Below, in pieces: positions 17,463 through 27,539 of a stretch of DNA of 64,000 nucleotides (the first letter of the stretch is position 1; the number at the start of each line of letters is the position of its first letter). The position numbers and the translations under genes were made by a program. The notes beneath the pieces were generated by a model. It worked only from the letters and a program-made list of their open reading frames with translations, did no database searches and was not told where the DNA came from. The DNA comes from Ilumatobacteraceae bacterium (lineage in GTDB: Bacteria; Actinomycetota; Acidimicrobiia; Acidimicrobiales; Ilumatobacteraceae): assembly GCA_023263695.1 (NCBI GenBank), contig JALQUZ010000003.1, forward strand, positions 1,817-65,816. Reading direction: 5' to 3'.

Positions 17463-18512
17463 ATGAATCGTCGAGTAACTGTTATCGGTTCCCGTTCATT
17501 GGCAATTGCTGCAGTCGTAGCGCTGTCTGCATGTGGAGGATCAAGTGGATCTTCCACAGCATCAACAGACTCTGTGCCAACTACTGAAGCGGTAAGCGAT
17601 GTTCCCCTTAACCCACTGCTTGGCACTCCACAGGAAGATCCAACAACTGCGAATCGCCCAGCAATGGTGGTCAAGATCGACAACCATCCAGGTGCTCGCC
17701 CTCAAGCGGGAATCAACCAGGCTGACATTATTTTTGAAGAGAACGTTGAGAAGCTCACTCGTTATGCCGCAGTGTTCCAGAGTTTGGGCTCAGACCCAGT
17801 CGGACCAATTCGTAGTGGTCGTTTCCAAGACATCAACTTGCTCGGTTCATTAAACAAGCCACTGTTCGTATGGAGTGGAGGAAACAGCAAAGTTTCTGCA
17901 GCAATCGCTAAATCAGATCTCACGGACCTCAGTTACCTGAAGGTGAATAACGATGGTGGGTTCAAGCGCAGCGATGAATACAAAGCTCCGCACAACTTGT
18001 TCGCAGAAACCACCAAACTGTGGACGCTTGCACCGGTTGGTGCCAGCGCGCCTTCTGCTCAATTTGCTTACCGCACAGTCAGTGACGCGAATGCTTCTAC
18101 ATCAAAAGAAGCGACTGGTCTGAAGGTCTCGATGGACGGCGTGAAAGTTCAGTGGGACTGGGATGCAACGGCAAAAGAGTGGGTGCGCACGCAAGACGGC
18201 ACGCCAGTAGTTGACACTGCCGATGTTGCGTTGTCGGTTCCGAATGTCGTTGTTCTTGAAGTGGAGTACACCAACTCGTATAGCCCAATTTCAAAAACAC
18301 TTGGTTCTGGTAAGGCATACGTATTTACCAATGGCGTGATGTACGAGGGCACATGGACGCGAACTGATCGTTTGCAGCCTTTTGAATTGAAAGATTCAGC
18401 TGGCGGAGTAATCAAGTTGACTCCTGGTCAGACGTTTGTTGAAGTTGCTCGTGCGGGAAAAACTGCAGTAGTTGCTCCTGGCATGACTCAAGACGACGTC
18501 AAATTCCCGTAA
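17463..18512 (+). CDS. DUF3048-like lipoprotein
   Basis: Lipobox LSAC after a signal sequence, S/T-rich linker, then PAMVVKIDNHPGARPQAGINQADIIFEE typical of DUF3048. Confidence 0.7.
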   Translation: MNRRVTVIGSRSLAIAAVVALSACGGSSGSSTASTDSVPTTEAVSDVPLNPLLGTPQEDPTTANRPAMVVKIDNHPGARPQAGINQADIIFEENVEKLTRYAAVFQSLGSDPVGPIRSGRFQDINLLGSLNKPLFVWSGGNSKVSAAIAKSDLTDLSYLKVNNDGGFKRSDEYKAPHNLFAETTKLWTLAPVGASAPSAQFAYRTVSDANASTSKEATGLKVSMDGVKVQWDWDATAKEWVRTQDGTPVVDTADVALSVPNVVVLEVEYTNSYSPISKTLGSGKAYVFTNGVMYEGTWTRTDRLQPFELKDSAGGVIKLTPGQTFVEVARAGKTAVVAPGMTQDDVKFP

Positions 18513-18528
18513 ATTCTGTTCGGGAATT
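18502..18528 (+). other. 8-bp perfect hairpin spanning the DUF3048 stop codon
   Basis: AATTCCCG-(11 nt loop)-CGGGAATT. No U-tract follows, so function is unclear. Confidence 0.2.
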
Positions 18529-18578
18529 CCCCGAGTTGGCTTATGGGTCGTGAAGGCTCGGTCGGTACGCTTATTGCC

Positions 18579-19475
18579 ATGACTACAAGCAAGGGCAACT
18601 CGGCTTCTGGGCCAATGAAAGTTAATCGCGGCTTGGCAGAAATGCTCAAGGGCGGCGTCATCATGGACGTAGTAAACCCAGAGCAAGCAAAGATCGCCGA
18701 AGACGCTGGCGCGACTGCGGTGATGGCCCTCGAGCGTGTTCCTGCAGACATTCGTCGCGACGGCGGTGTTGCTCGAATGAGTGATCCCGAGATGATCGAA
18801 GGCATTAAGGCCGTTGTCACCATTCCGGTCATGGCTAAAGCTCGCATCGGTCACTTCGTTGAAGCACAAATTCTTGAAGCACTCGGCGTTGACTTCATTG
18901 ACGAGTCGGAAGTACTTACTCCTGCCGACGAAACTCATCACATCGACAAATTCGCGTTTACCTCGCCTTTTGTGTGTGGTGCAACCAATCTTGGCGAGGC
19001 ACTTCGTCGTATCAGTGAGGGTGCAGCTCTTATTCGTTCCAAAGGTGAAGCAGGAACTGGAAACGTTGTTGAAGCTGTCCGTCACTTGCGCAGTATTTTT
19101 GGAGACATTCGTCGAATTACTCAGGCCGATTCTGCTGAGTTGTTTGATTGGGCAAAAAAGCTCGGAGCACCATTGCCGCTCGTACAAGAAATTGCCGAGA
19201 CGGGCAAACTGCAGGTACCGATCTTTTGTGCAGGTGGAATAGCTACACCTGCTGACGCTGCATTGGCAATGCAGCTTGGCGCTGAAGCAGTGTTTGTTGG
19301 ATCAGGAATTTTCAAGAGCGATGATCCATCGCCACGCGCGAAAGCAATTGTTCAGGCAACTGCACACTTCCGCGATGCACATGTGTTGGCAAAAGTAAGT
19401 CGCAATCTTGGTGCACCGATGACTGGCATCGGAATGGACAAGATCAACGAGCGCTACGCCGACCGCGGCTGGTAA
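18579..19475 (+). CDS. pdxS: pyridoxal 5'-phosphate synthase, lyase subunit PdxS
   Basis: [29 protein letters not shown]. The ATG at 18579 gives the usual length of about 298 aa; the alternative ATG at 18543 cannot be excluded. Confidence 0.95.
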   Translation: MTTSKGNSASGPMKVNRGLAEMLKGGVIMDVVNPEQAKIAEDAGATAVMALERVPADIRRDGGVARMSDPEMIEGIKAVVTIPVMAKARIGHFVEAQILEALGVDFIDESEVLTPADETHHIDKFAFTSPFVCGATNLGEALRRISEGAALIRSKGEAGTGNVVEAVRHLRSIFGDIRRITQADSAELFDWAKKLGAPLPLVQEIAETGKLQVPIFCAGGIATPADAALAMQLGAEAVFVGSGIFKSDDPSPRAKAIVQATAHFRDAHVLAKVSRNLGAPMTGIGMDKINERYADRGW

Positions 19476-19486
19476 AGCAGCACCTC

Positions 19487-20068
19487 TTGTCTGGCGTAGT
19501 TGGCGTTCTTGCACTGCAGGGCGCTTTCGAAGCTCATCAACTTGTTTTGCGTGATCTTGGTGTCAAAACCGTTCAAGTTCGTACACCTGCAGAGTTGGAA
19601 TTAGTTGACGCACTAGTAATGCCTGGTGGAGAATCCACCACAATGTCGCACTTGCTGGTGACATCCGGATTGTTCGAAGGCATTGATTCGCGGCTGAAGC
19701 AGGGGATGCCGGTGTTTGGTACGTGCGCAGGAATGATTCTGCTTGCCAAAGGCGTGCTTGATGGTCGGTCAGATCAGAAGAGTTTTGGTGCCATTGATAT
19801 CGATGTGAAGCGCAACGCCTATGGTCGTCAAATCGACAGTTTCGAAACCGATATTGAAGTTGATGGTCTCGTTGAAGATTTCCATGCCGTATTCATTCGC
19901 GCACCACAAATCTCTCGGTGCGGCGAAGGCGTCACAGTTTTAGCGCGACATGGCCAAGATATTGTTCTTGCACGACAGGGAACGGTGATGGTTGCTGCGT
20001 TCCATCCTGAACTCACGAGCGACAATCGAATTCATTCATTATTCACCGGTTTACTTCAGGAGGTATAG
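19487..20068 (+). CDS. pdxT: pyridoxal 5'-phosphate synthase, glutaminase subunit PdxT
   Basis: GVLALQGAFEAH and catalytic GTCAGMILL. TTG start. Confidence 0.95.
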   Translation: MSGVVGVLALQGAFEAHQLVLRDLGVKTVQVRTPAELELVDALVMPGGESTTMSHLLVTSGLFEGIDSRLKQGMPVFGTCAGMILLAKGVLDGRSDQKSFGAIDIDVKRNAYGRQIDSFETDIEVDGLVEDFHAVFIRAPQISRCGEGVTVLARHGQDIVLARQGTVMVAAFHPELTSDNRIHSLFTGLLQEV

Positions 20069-20070
20069 CC

Positions 20071-20820
20071 ATGTCGGGTCACTCCAAATGGGCAACGATT
20101 AAACGCAAGAAGGGCGCAATCGACGCCGCGCGCGGAAAAATATTCGCCAAGATGTCGCGTCAGCTAGAAGTTGCCACGCGCGAAGGTGGTGGAGATCCAT
20201 CAAGCAATGCAACGTTGCGAACCATCATTCAAAAAGCAAAAGCTGCGCACATGACGAATGACGCCATTGATCGAGCAGTGAAACGTGGTCTTGGTGAGCA
20301 AACTGGTGCCGCATTCGAAACCGTGACGTACGAAGGGTATGCACCAGGTGGCGTGGCGATGCTTGTTGATGCACTGACGAACAACCGAAACCGCACTGCA
20401 GCAGACGTGCGCATGGCGTTCAGTAAATCGGGCGGCGCTTTGGCAGAACCTGGTGCAGTGGCTTGGCAGTTTTCGCGAAAAGGAATTGTTCAGATTGAGA
20501 AGAACATCAGTGAAGACGAAGTGATGCTCGTTGCATTAGACCACGGCGCAGAAGATGTGGCCGATGATGGTGACTCATGGCGCGTAACGTGTGACTCAAC
20601 CACCGTGTTTGAACTCAAAACAGCACTTGAAGGTGCGGGGATGACCGTAGTGTCGGCTGTAAGCACGATGGTGTCGTCAATGAGCGTTGCAGTTACGGGT
20701 GCAGAAGATGCAAAAGCAATCCTGAAAATTATGGACGACTTAGAAGACAACGACGACGTGCAAGACGTATATGCAAACTTTGACATTTCCGACGAACTAT
20801 TAAACGAGGTAGCGCAATGA
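20071..20820 (+). CDS. yebC: YebC/PmpR-family transcriptional regulator
   Basis: [26 protein letters not shown]-terminus. SD AGGAGG upstream. Confidence 0.95.
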   Translation: MSGHSKWATIKRKKGAIDAARGKIFAKMSRQLEVATREGGGDPSSNATLRTIIQKAKAAHMTNDAIDRAVKRGLGEQTGAAFETVTYEGYAPGGVAMLVDALTNNRNRTAADVRMAFSKSGGALAEPGAVAWQFSRKGIVQIEKNISEDEVMLVALDHGAEDVADDGDSWRVTCDSTTVFELKTALEGAGMTVVSAVSTMVSSMSVAVTGAEDAKAILKIMDDLEDNDDVQDVYANFDISDELLNEVAQ

Positions 20821-21278
20821 CACTCAATATTGGAGACAAAGCACCGCAGTTCACACTGCCGGGAACTGGTGGCAAGACCTATTCATTGTCTGACTTTTCA
20901 GGCAAGCCAGTGGTGTTGGTGTTTTATCCAGGTGACAACACTCCGGTGTGCACGAAGCAATTGTGCTCCTACAACAATGAGATGAGTCAGTTCGATTCGG
21001 TTGGAGCACAAGTGGTTGGAATTTCGTCGCAAGATGCGGCAAGCCACGATGAATTTTCTGGCAAGCATGGGTTTGCCTTTCCACTGCTCGCCGATGTTGA
21101 CAAATCAGTTTCGAAGCAATACGGCATTCTTGGGCCACTTGGCTTACCTCGCCGAAGCGTGTTCGTTATTGACGGTTCGGGAGTGGTTCGCTATGTACAC
21201 CGTGCGCTAGTTGGGCTTTCCTTCCGCCCAGTTGCTGAATTGGTGGCTGCGGTAGAAAAGGCCAAACTCGGCCAGTAG
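20817..21278 (+). CDS. bcp: peroxiredoxin, Bcp type
   Basis: [15 protein letters not shown] peroxidatic Cys motif. ATGA overlap with yebC. Confidence 0.9.
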   Translation: MTLNIGDKAPQFTLPGTGGKTYSLSDFSGKPVVLVFYPGDNTPVCTKQLCSYNNEMSQFDSVGAQVVGISSQDAASHDEFSGKHGFAFPLLADVDKSVSKQYGILGPLGLPRRSVFVIDGSGVVRYVHRALVGLSFRPVAELVAAVEKAKLGQ

Positions 21279-21298
21279 CCCCAACTAGGCTTGAACAT

Positions 21299-21832
21299 AT
21301 GTTCGCCCCATTGTCCACTGTGGTTCTGGGCATAGACCCGGGACTCACCAGATGTGGGTATGCGGCCTTGGCCCCTCGATCGGGCGGATCTATCGATGCC
21401 ATTTCGATGGGAGTGATGACTTCGCCAAAAGAGGACTCGCTTCCACGTCGATTGGCATTGTTGCAGTGTGATCTCGAAGCATTGATTGCCGAAGTGAAGC
21501 CCACGGCAATTGCGGTTGAGCAAGTATTTTTTCAAAACAATGTGCGTACAGCAATGAGTGTTGGTCAGGCAAGTGGCTTGGTATTAGCACTGGCGTACAA
21601 GTTGGGCATCGATGTCGTGCAGTACACACCAAGCCAAGTCAAAAGTTCCGTTGCAGGTTCGGGCACTGCAAACAAATTGCAAGTGCAAAAAATGGTGCAG
21701 CGACGTTTGGGCCTCAGTGTGTTACCAACACCGGCAGACGCAGCCGATGCTGCGGCAGTCGCGTTGTGTCATCTTTCAGTTTCGCCATTAGCAAACAGTG
21801 TGAAGCGTGCAACAACGGGTGCGAAGTCATGA
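21299..21832 (+). CDS. ruvC: crossover junction endodeoxyribonuclease RuvC
   Basis: VLGIDPGLTRCGYA and QVKSSVAGSGTANKLQV. A GTG at 21320 is an alternative start. Confidence 0.9.
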   Translation: MFAPLSTVVLGIDPGLTRCGYAALAPRSGGSIDAISMGVMTSPKEDSLPRRLALLQCDLEALIAEVKPTAIAVEQVFFQNNVRTAMSVGQASGLVLALAYKLGIDVVQYTPSQVKSSVAGSGTANKLQVQKMVQRRLGLSVLPTPADAADAAAVALCHLSVSPLANSVKRATTGAKS

Positions 21833-22422
21833 TTGGCTCGTTGCGAGGAAATGTCATTGAACGCAACGGCGATTCAACGGTGTTGTTCGAAGTCGGTGGC
21901 GTTGGCTATTTAGTGCACGTCACCCCGCGCACGCTCGCCGAACTGGAGCCAACCTCACAAGCGTTCATGCACGTGTATCACCACATTCGCGAAGATGCCC
22001 AAACCTTGTTCGGATTTCTTGAAAAGGAAGAGCGAGTCGCATTCGACACATTAATTGCAACGCATGGCATTGGACCAAGCATGGCCATGTCTATTTTGGC
22101 CACACATTCTCCTCGCGCGCTTATTGACATTGTCGCAACTAACGATCACGGTGCACTCACCTTGGTTCCGGGTGTTGGCAAAAAGACAGCCGAGCGGTTG
22201 CTCATTGAATTGCGTGGCAAGTTGCAGCTACCAGTACTCGATGCAATGGTGGACGGAAAATCGGCAGGCACATCGGTAATGACGGATGTGCGGGAAGCGC
22301 TAACCGGTCTCGGGTATTCGAGTGAAGAAATCCGCGAAGTATTGCGCGATCTCTCTGCGTCCGACACCGCTGAGAATGTCTTACGCCAAGCATTGAATGC
22401 GTTAGGAGTACGACGTGCGTGA
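21829..22422 (+). CDS. ruvA: Holliday junction DNA helicase subunit RuvA
   Basis: [10 protein letters not shown]-terminus, HhH motif [15 protein letters not shown] overlap with ruvC. Confidence 0.92.
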   Translation: MIGSLRGNVIERNGDSTVLFEVGGVGYLVHVTPRTLAELEPTSQAFMHVYHHIREDAQTLFGFLEKEERVAFDTLIATHGIGPSMAMSILATHSPRALIDIVATNDHGALTLVPGVGKKTAERLLIELRGKLQLPVLDAMVDGKSAGTSVMTDVREALTGLGYSSEEIREVLRDLSASDTAENVLRQALNALGVRRA

Positions 22423-23443
22423 AGAATTTGTAGACCCGCAATTCCGCGCTGAAGATCACATCGAACAAGCCGATGAAACAGGGTTGCGTCCGAAGTCGCT
22501 TGACGAATTTGTTGGACAGCGAGAATTGAAAGAGCATCTCGGCATTGTGCTTGAAGCTGCTCGCCGTCGTGGTCAAGCTGCAGACCATATTTTATTGGCT
22601 GGTCCTCCTGGACTCGGCAAGACAACCATGGCTTCCATCGTTGCTTCTGAAATGAATGCGCATATTCACATCACTTCTGGCCCAGCGCTTGAACGCGCAG
22701 GAGATCTTGCCGCGATTCTGACAAAGCTTGAGCCAAATGACGTTTTGTTTATCGATGAAATTCATCGACTGTCGCGAACTGTTGAAGAGATTTTGTACCC
22801 AGCAATGGAGGATTTCCAGATTGACATCGTTGTTGGAAAAGGACCAGCTGCTTCGTCTATTCGGTTATCACTTCCGCGGTTCACATTGATTGGCGCAACC
22901 ACGCGCACTGGAATGATCACTGGGCCACTACGCGATCGCTTCGGTCTTGTTGCCAGGCTCGATTATTACGACGATGAAGAATTGCAGCGCATTGTTCGTC
23001 GAGCAGCCGGAATTTTGGATGTCACTATTGACGATCAGGGTGCAGCAGAGATTGCTCGCCGATCGCGTGGCACTCCGCGAATTGCAAACAGGTTGTTGCG
23101 TCGTGTTCGCGATTTCGCAGAAGTACGAGGCAACGGAAAAGTGAACAAAGCCTCTGCGCGCGAAGCATTGTCAGTTTTCGGTGTAGATGACCTTGGCCTC
23201 GACAAAGTGGACAGGGCAGTGCTTGGTGCAATTTGCAATCAATTCAATGGAGGGCCAGTTGGCCTTTCCACTCTTGCCATCAGCGTGAGCGAACAAACCG
23301 AGACCATTGAAGATGTCTATGAGCCATTCCTCATTCAGCAGGGACTCATCGCACGCACGCCGCGCGGGCGAGTGGCAATGCCTTCAGCATGGACGCACTT
23401 AGGTCTTGATGCTCCAGCACAAGATCCGAATCTCTTTTCCTGA
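22415..23443 (+). CDS. ruvB: Holliday junction DNA helicase RuvB
   Basis: Walker [12 protein letters not shown] and [11 protein letters not shown] start overlapping ruvA by 8 nt. Confidence 0.97.
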   Translation: MREEFVDPQFRAEDHIEQADETGLRPKSLDEFVGQRELKEHLGIVLEAARRRGQAADHILLAGPPGLGKTTMASIVASEMNAHIHITSGPALERAGDLAAILTKLEPNDVLFIDEIHRLSRTVEEILYPAMEDFQIDIVVGKGPAASSIRLSLPRFTLIGATTRTGMITGPLRDRFGLVARLDYYDDEELQRIVRRAAGILDVTIDDQGAAEIARRSRGTPRIANRLLRRVRDFAEVRGNGKVNKASAREALSVFGVDDLGLDKVDRAVLGAICNQFNGGPVGLSTLAISVSEQTETIEDVYEPFLIQQGLIARTPRGRVAMPSAWTHLGLDAPAQDPNLFS

Positions 23444-23470
23444 CTAACACACAAATCCAGATGGAGGTTT

Positions 23471-24514
23471 TTGATCTTGGATATTTCGCACATCGACTAC
23501 ATCTTGCCAGAGGAGCTGATTGCTCAAACTCCACTAGAGCCGCGCGACTCTGCTCGGCTTCTTGTTGATGCGGCGAATGGAATTGAGCATCGTCACGTAC
23601 GCGACATCGTTGAGTATTTGCGCGCCGGAGATGTCTTGGTCGTTAATCACACGCGCGTACTTCCTGCTCGGCTGAAACTGAAACGTCGTACAGGTGGTGC
23701 AGTAGAAGTGCTGTTGCTAGAAGAACGCGATGCAGACCAGATGCAGTGGGAAGCACTCGTTAGGCCAGGCGGGAAGTTATCAATGGGCGAAGAGTTGTTC
23801 GATGCTGATGGCAATGTGATGGTGAAGATCGGAGATCGCACAGATGCTGGCGACACGTTCTTCGTGCGATTTGTGGCTCGCACCAACGAAGAGGCAATGC
23901 AGCGAATTTTGAAAACTGGCGAAATGCCTTTACCTCCGTACATCACGACTTCACTTGCAGACCAAAGCCGGTATCAAACGGTGTTCGCGCACGATCAGAA
24001 ATCTTCGGCGGCGCCAACAGCGGGGTTGCATTTCACTCCCGAACTACTCGCACGAATTCGTGAAGCCAGTGTGGAGATTTACGAGGTTGAACTTGTTGTC
24101 GGGCTTGACACGTTTAAGCCCATTTCTGTGGAAAATCCACTCGACCACGTAATTCATACCGAGTCGTATCGCGTGCCAGCAGAAACGCTAGATGCATGTA
24201 ACCGCGCACGAGCACGCGGCGGGCGAGTGATTGCCATTGGCACCACTGCAACACGTGCGTTGGAAAGTGCTGCCACGTTCGGAGATTTGCAGGGACGCAC
24301 GAATTTGTTCATTACTCCCGGTTATCAATGGAAAGTAGTGGACATGATGATGACCAACTTCCATATGCCACGAACAACGCTCTTGTTGATGGTGGAATCA
24401 TTCATCGGAGAGAAATGGCGTGCTATTTATTCGGAAGCGATTGAACAGCGTTATCGACTGTTGTCGTTTGGCGATGCGATGCTGCTGTACCGTGGAACAA
24501 ATGTTTCCAGTTGA
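23471..24514 (+). CDS. queA: S-adenosylmethionine:tRNA ribosyltransferase-isomerase
   Basis: YILPEELIAQTPLEPRDSARLL and TNFHMPRTTLL. TTG start at 23471 (or 23477) after GGAGG. Confidence 0.95.
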   Translation: MILDISHIDYILPEELIAQTPLEPRDSARLLVDAANGIEHRHVRDIVEYLRAGDVLVVNHTRVLPARLKLKRRTGGAVEVLLLEERDADQMQWEALVRPGGKLSMGEELFDADGNVMVKIGDRTDAGDTFFVRFVARTNEEAMQRILKTGEMPLPPYITTSLADQSRYQTVFAHDQKSSAAPTAGLHFTPELLARIREASVEIYEVELVVGLDTFKPISVENPLDHVIHTESYRVPAETLDACNRARARGGRVIAIGTTATRALESAATFGDLQGRTNLFITPGYQWKVVDMMMTNFHMPRTTLLLMVESFIGEKWRAIYSEAIEQRYRLLSFGDAMLLYRGTNVSS

Positions 24515-25622
24515 ATTCACCGAGATTGCTCGAGATGGAGGTGCGCGTGCAGGTGTTGCCGCAACACACCGGGGAACATACTCCACACCGTGTTTTATGC
24601 CGGTGGGCACGCGCGGCGCAATCAAATATCTCAGTGCATCTGATTACGAAGAATTGGGTGCGCAAATTGTGTTGGGCAATACGTATCACTTGATGTTGCG
24701 CCCAGGCGCAGAGACCGTCTCACATTTTGGTGGACTTGGTGCATTCGCAGGGTGGGGCGGACTCACGCTTACGGACTCTGGTGGTTTCCAGGTTTTTTCT
24801 TTAGACCCAGATGTCGATGACGATGGTGTCACGTTTAAATCGACATACGACGGATCGAAGCATCGATTCACGCCTGAGTCTGCAGTGCACACTCAACAAC
24901 TTCTTGGCGCCGATATTCAAATGGTGCTCGATGTGTGTCCACCATTACCTTCCCCTCCACAAGTTGTGCGCCTAGCTCTTGAACGCACATCAGCGTGGGC
25001 GGAACGAGCAAAGGCTTCGCATGTACGACAAGATCAATCTCTGTTTGGAATCGTTCAGGGCGGTATCGACGCGAACATGCGCACAGAAAGCGCGCAGCGC
25101 ACAGCGGCGTTGAATTTTGACGGTTATGGAATTGGTGGTCTGTCCGTTGGTGAAACTCGTGACGAAATGGTTCCGGCACTTGCTGCCGCTGTTGCCCACT
25201 TGCCGACAAATCGGCCACGTTATTTAATGGGCGTTGGCGACCCAGCTTCGTTGGTTGAGGCCGTAAATCTTGGCGTAGATCAATTTGATTGCGTGTTACA
25301 AACTCGGTTAGGTCGACATGGAACTGCGCTGACCTCTACTGGCCGAGTCAACCTAAAAAGGGTCGAGTTTGTTTTGAGCGATGAGCCAATTGATGCGCGC
25401 TGTTCGTGCATGGTGTGTCGCCGACATTCGCGCGGTTATATCCGTCACCTCTTTCAAGTGGGCGAGCCAACGGCTTCTCGCCTTGTGTCAATTCATAATG
25501 TGGCGTGGACAATTGATCTGATGAATCAGATGCGCGGGGCAATTGTGAATGGCTCGTTTGCGTCACTTCGTGCGGAAATTCTTGCTGTGTGGGGCAACGC
25601 CATGGGGTCAACGACCTCCTAG
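24501..25622 (+). CDS. tgt: tRNA-guanine transglycosylase
   Basis: TPCFMPVGT, LTDSGGFQV and zinc site CSCMVCRRHSRGYIRHL. ATG 24501 overlaps queA by 14 nt. Confidence 0.95.
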   Translation: MFPVEFTEIARDGGARAGVAATHRGTYSTPCFMPVGTRGAIKYLSASDYEELGAQIVLGNTYHLMLRPGAETVSHFGGLGAFAGWGGLTLTDSGGFQVFSLDPDVDDDGVTFKSTYDGSKHRFTPESAVHTQQLLGADIQMVLDVCPPLPSPPQVVRLALERTSAWAERAKASHVRQDQSLFGIVQGGIDANMRTESAQRTAALNFDGYGIGGLSVGETRDEMVPALAAAVAHLPTNRPRYLMGVGDPASLVEAVNLGVDQFDCVLQTRLGRHGTALTSTGRVNLKRVEFVLSDEPIDARCSCMVCRRHSRGYIRHLFQVGEPTASRLVSIHNVAWTIDLMNQMRGAIVNGSFASLRAEILAVWGNAMGSTTS

Positions 25623-25646
25623 TGTTGGGCGAGGCGAGTAGAGTCA

Positions 25647-25991
25647 GTGCCTATGTTCAACGTGTTCTCGGTACTTGCAGCAAACTCAAATGGCGGAAAT
25701 GGCTCTATTTGGGGAAACGTAATCATCGTCCCAATTTTTGCAGGGATGTATTTTCTACTCATTAGGCCCCAGCGAAAGCGTGCGCGTGAATCCAAACTAT
25801 TGCAGAGTTCGCTTGCTGAAGGTGACCATGTTCTGTTGAATTCGGGAATTTATGGCTACATTTCACAGATTGAAGAAGACAAGCCGTACATCTGGTTTGA
25901 AGCCAATACCGGTGTCGAATTTCGCATCAATCGTTCGGCTGTAGCTGGAAAGACTCCAGATCCTGCAAACCCATCTGCCGAGCAGAAGTAG
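25647..25991 (+). CDS. yajC: preprotein translocase subunit YajC
   Basis: Single TM helix then LLIRPQRKRARE. GTG at 25647 or ATG at 25653. Confidence 0.85.
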   Translation: MPMFNVFSVLAANSNGGNGSIWGNVIIVPIFAGMYFLLIRPQRKRARESKLLQSSLAEGDHVLLNSGIYGYISQIEEDKPYIWFEANTGVEFRINRSAVAGKTPDPANPSAEQK

Positions 25992-26003
25992 TAGTTCGCA
26001 CAC

Positions 26004-27539
26004 ATGGTTCGTCGTCTTGTTGTTTCGCTGGTCGGTGTAATTGTCGTTGTGTTTGGCTTACTTGTAGGCAACCTCGTCGCAGGAAACGTTCCTGCTCTCG
26101 GCCTTGACTTGCAAGGTGGTGCTTCGGTAACGCTGCAGCCCGAAGGAACATACGATGCGAAAGCACTTGATGTTGCCCTCACCATTATTCGTGCGCGTGT
26201 CGACTCCATCGGAGTTTCTGAACCAGAAATCATTCGTCAAGGCGACACCGTGGTGGTCAACCTTCCTGGAGTTCAAGATCAACAACGAGCGCTCGACATC
26301 ATTGGTAAGCAAGGTCAGTTGTTACTCCGTCCGGTTTTACAAGCTGGAACTATTAACACAGGAACCGAAACAACTCTGCCTGGTGCGACGACTGTCGTTG
26401 ACTCAACGTTGCCAGCATCTAGTGGTCCGGGAAGTTCACGCCATGTTGCAGCAACAACGGTTCCACCAACATCCGCGTCGCCGACATCAGCATCACCAAC
26501 GACGGTCGCAGCTACGGTTAGTTCGACACCATCACTTGCTGAAATTATGGCCAGTCAAGATGCCAACGACCCGAATGCAACCGTGGTGTTGCTCGGTAAG
26601 AACGGCGATGTGTTCTCCGCAGGTCCTGCAGGTGCGTCCGGACTGGTGTTTAATAACGATGCCTCTGCCGAAGTGAACAACGGATCATGGAGCGTTGTTG
26701 TTGGTCTGTTGAAGGGATCAGCCGGAGAAGACATTTGGAATGCATTGTCAACACGTTGCTTTAACAAAGATGCAACGTGTCCAACTGGTCAAATTGCCAT
26801 TGTGCTTGACGGAGAAGTTATTTCAGCACCAGTCGTGCAACAGGCAGTGTTCACCGGAGGCAATGTGCAAATCTCCGGCAGTTTTACCGAAGCGGAAGCG
26901 CGGGACTTGGCAAAAATTCTTGAATTCGGTGCAGTTCCCGTGAAGTTTTCGGTAGCCACCGTGCAAACCGTTTCGCCAACTCTGGGTAAGGACTCGTTGC
27001 GAGCAGCAATTATCTCGGGGCTTGTAGGCGTGTTGCTGGTAATGCTGTTCTTCTTCTTCTACTACCGATTGCTCACCATTGTTGTGGTTGGTGGACTCTC
27101 GATTTCCGGTGCGTTCCTCTGGAGCATCATTGCGTACTTGTCAAAGACAAACGGTCTTGCGCTAACGCTTTCTGGTGTTGCAGGAATCATCGTGTCTATC
27201 GGTGTCACGGTCGACTCCTATGTGGTGTTCTTCGAGCGACTCAAAGACGAATTGGTCAGTGGTAAAACCATGCGTGGCGCTGCTCAACGCAGCTTTGCAT
27301 CTGCTTGGAGAACTATTTTGGCTGCCGACACCGTGTCGTTTATTGGCGCAATCATTCTGTGGAAATTGACTGTGGGTTCAGTGCGCGGCTTCGCGTTCTT
27401 CCTTGGTCTCTCCACATTGTCTGACGTTTTTGTTGCGTACTTGTTCACTCGACCAGCAATTCTGTTGCTTGCGCGATCAAAGTTCATGGCGGGTCGCAAC
27501 GTACTTGGCGTAGTAGTAGCAAAGGAGGTGACGGCGTGA
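26004..27539 (+). CDS. secD: protein translocase subunit SecD
   Basis: 511 aa with periplasmic P1 domain, P/T/S-rich linker and C-terminal RND-like TM bundle. Confidence 0.95.
   Translation: MVRRLVVSLVGVIVVVFGLLVGNLVAGNVPALGLDLQGGASVTLQPEGTYDAKALDVALTIIRARVDSIGVSEPEIIRQGDTVVVNLPGVQDQQRALDIIGKQGQLLLRPVLQAGTINTGTETTLPGATTVVDSTLPASSGPGSSRHVAATTVPPTSASPTSASPTTVAATVSSTPSLAEIMASQDANDPNATVVLLGKNGDVFSAGPAGASGLVFNNDASAEVNNGSWSVVVGLLKGSAGEDIWNALSTRCFNKDATCPTGQIAIVLDGEVISAPVVQQAVFTGGNVQISGSFTEAEARDLAKILEFGAVPVKFSVATVQTVSPTLGKDSLRAAIISGLVGVLLVMLFFFFYYRLLTIVVVGGLSISGAFLWSIIAYLSKTNGLALTLSGVAGIIVSIGVTVDSYVVFFERLKDELVSGKTMRGAAQRSFASAWRTILAADTVSFIGAIILWKLTVGSVRGFAFFLGLSTLSDVFVAYLFTRPAILLLARSKFMAGRNVLGVVVAKEVTA

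Noticed and set aside
18396-19187. 263-aa ORF antisense to pdxS, and similar long antisense ORFs at 45034-45741, 48770-49624, 53469-54290, 55776-56396 and 57536-58108.
   Set aside because: Each lies fully inside a strongly supported housekeeping gene on the other strand. Their translations are Cys/His/Arg/Ser/Ala-rich with no recognisable motifs, and they have no plausible RBS. These are typical shadow ORFs of codon-biased genes.
26440-26530. Imperfect 15-nt tandem repeat encoding PTSASPTSASPT in secD.
   Set aside because: It is a low-complexity P/T/S linker in the periplasmic domain, common in actinobacterial SecD. It is not a regulatory or CRISPR-like repeat.
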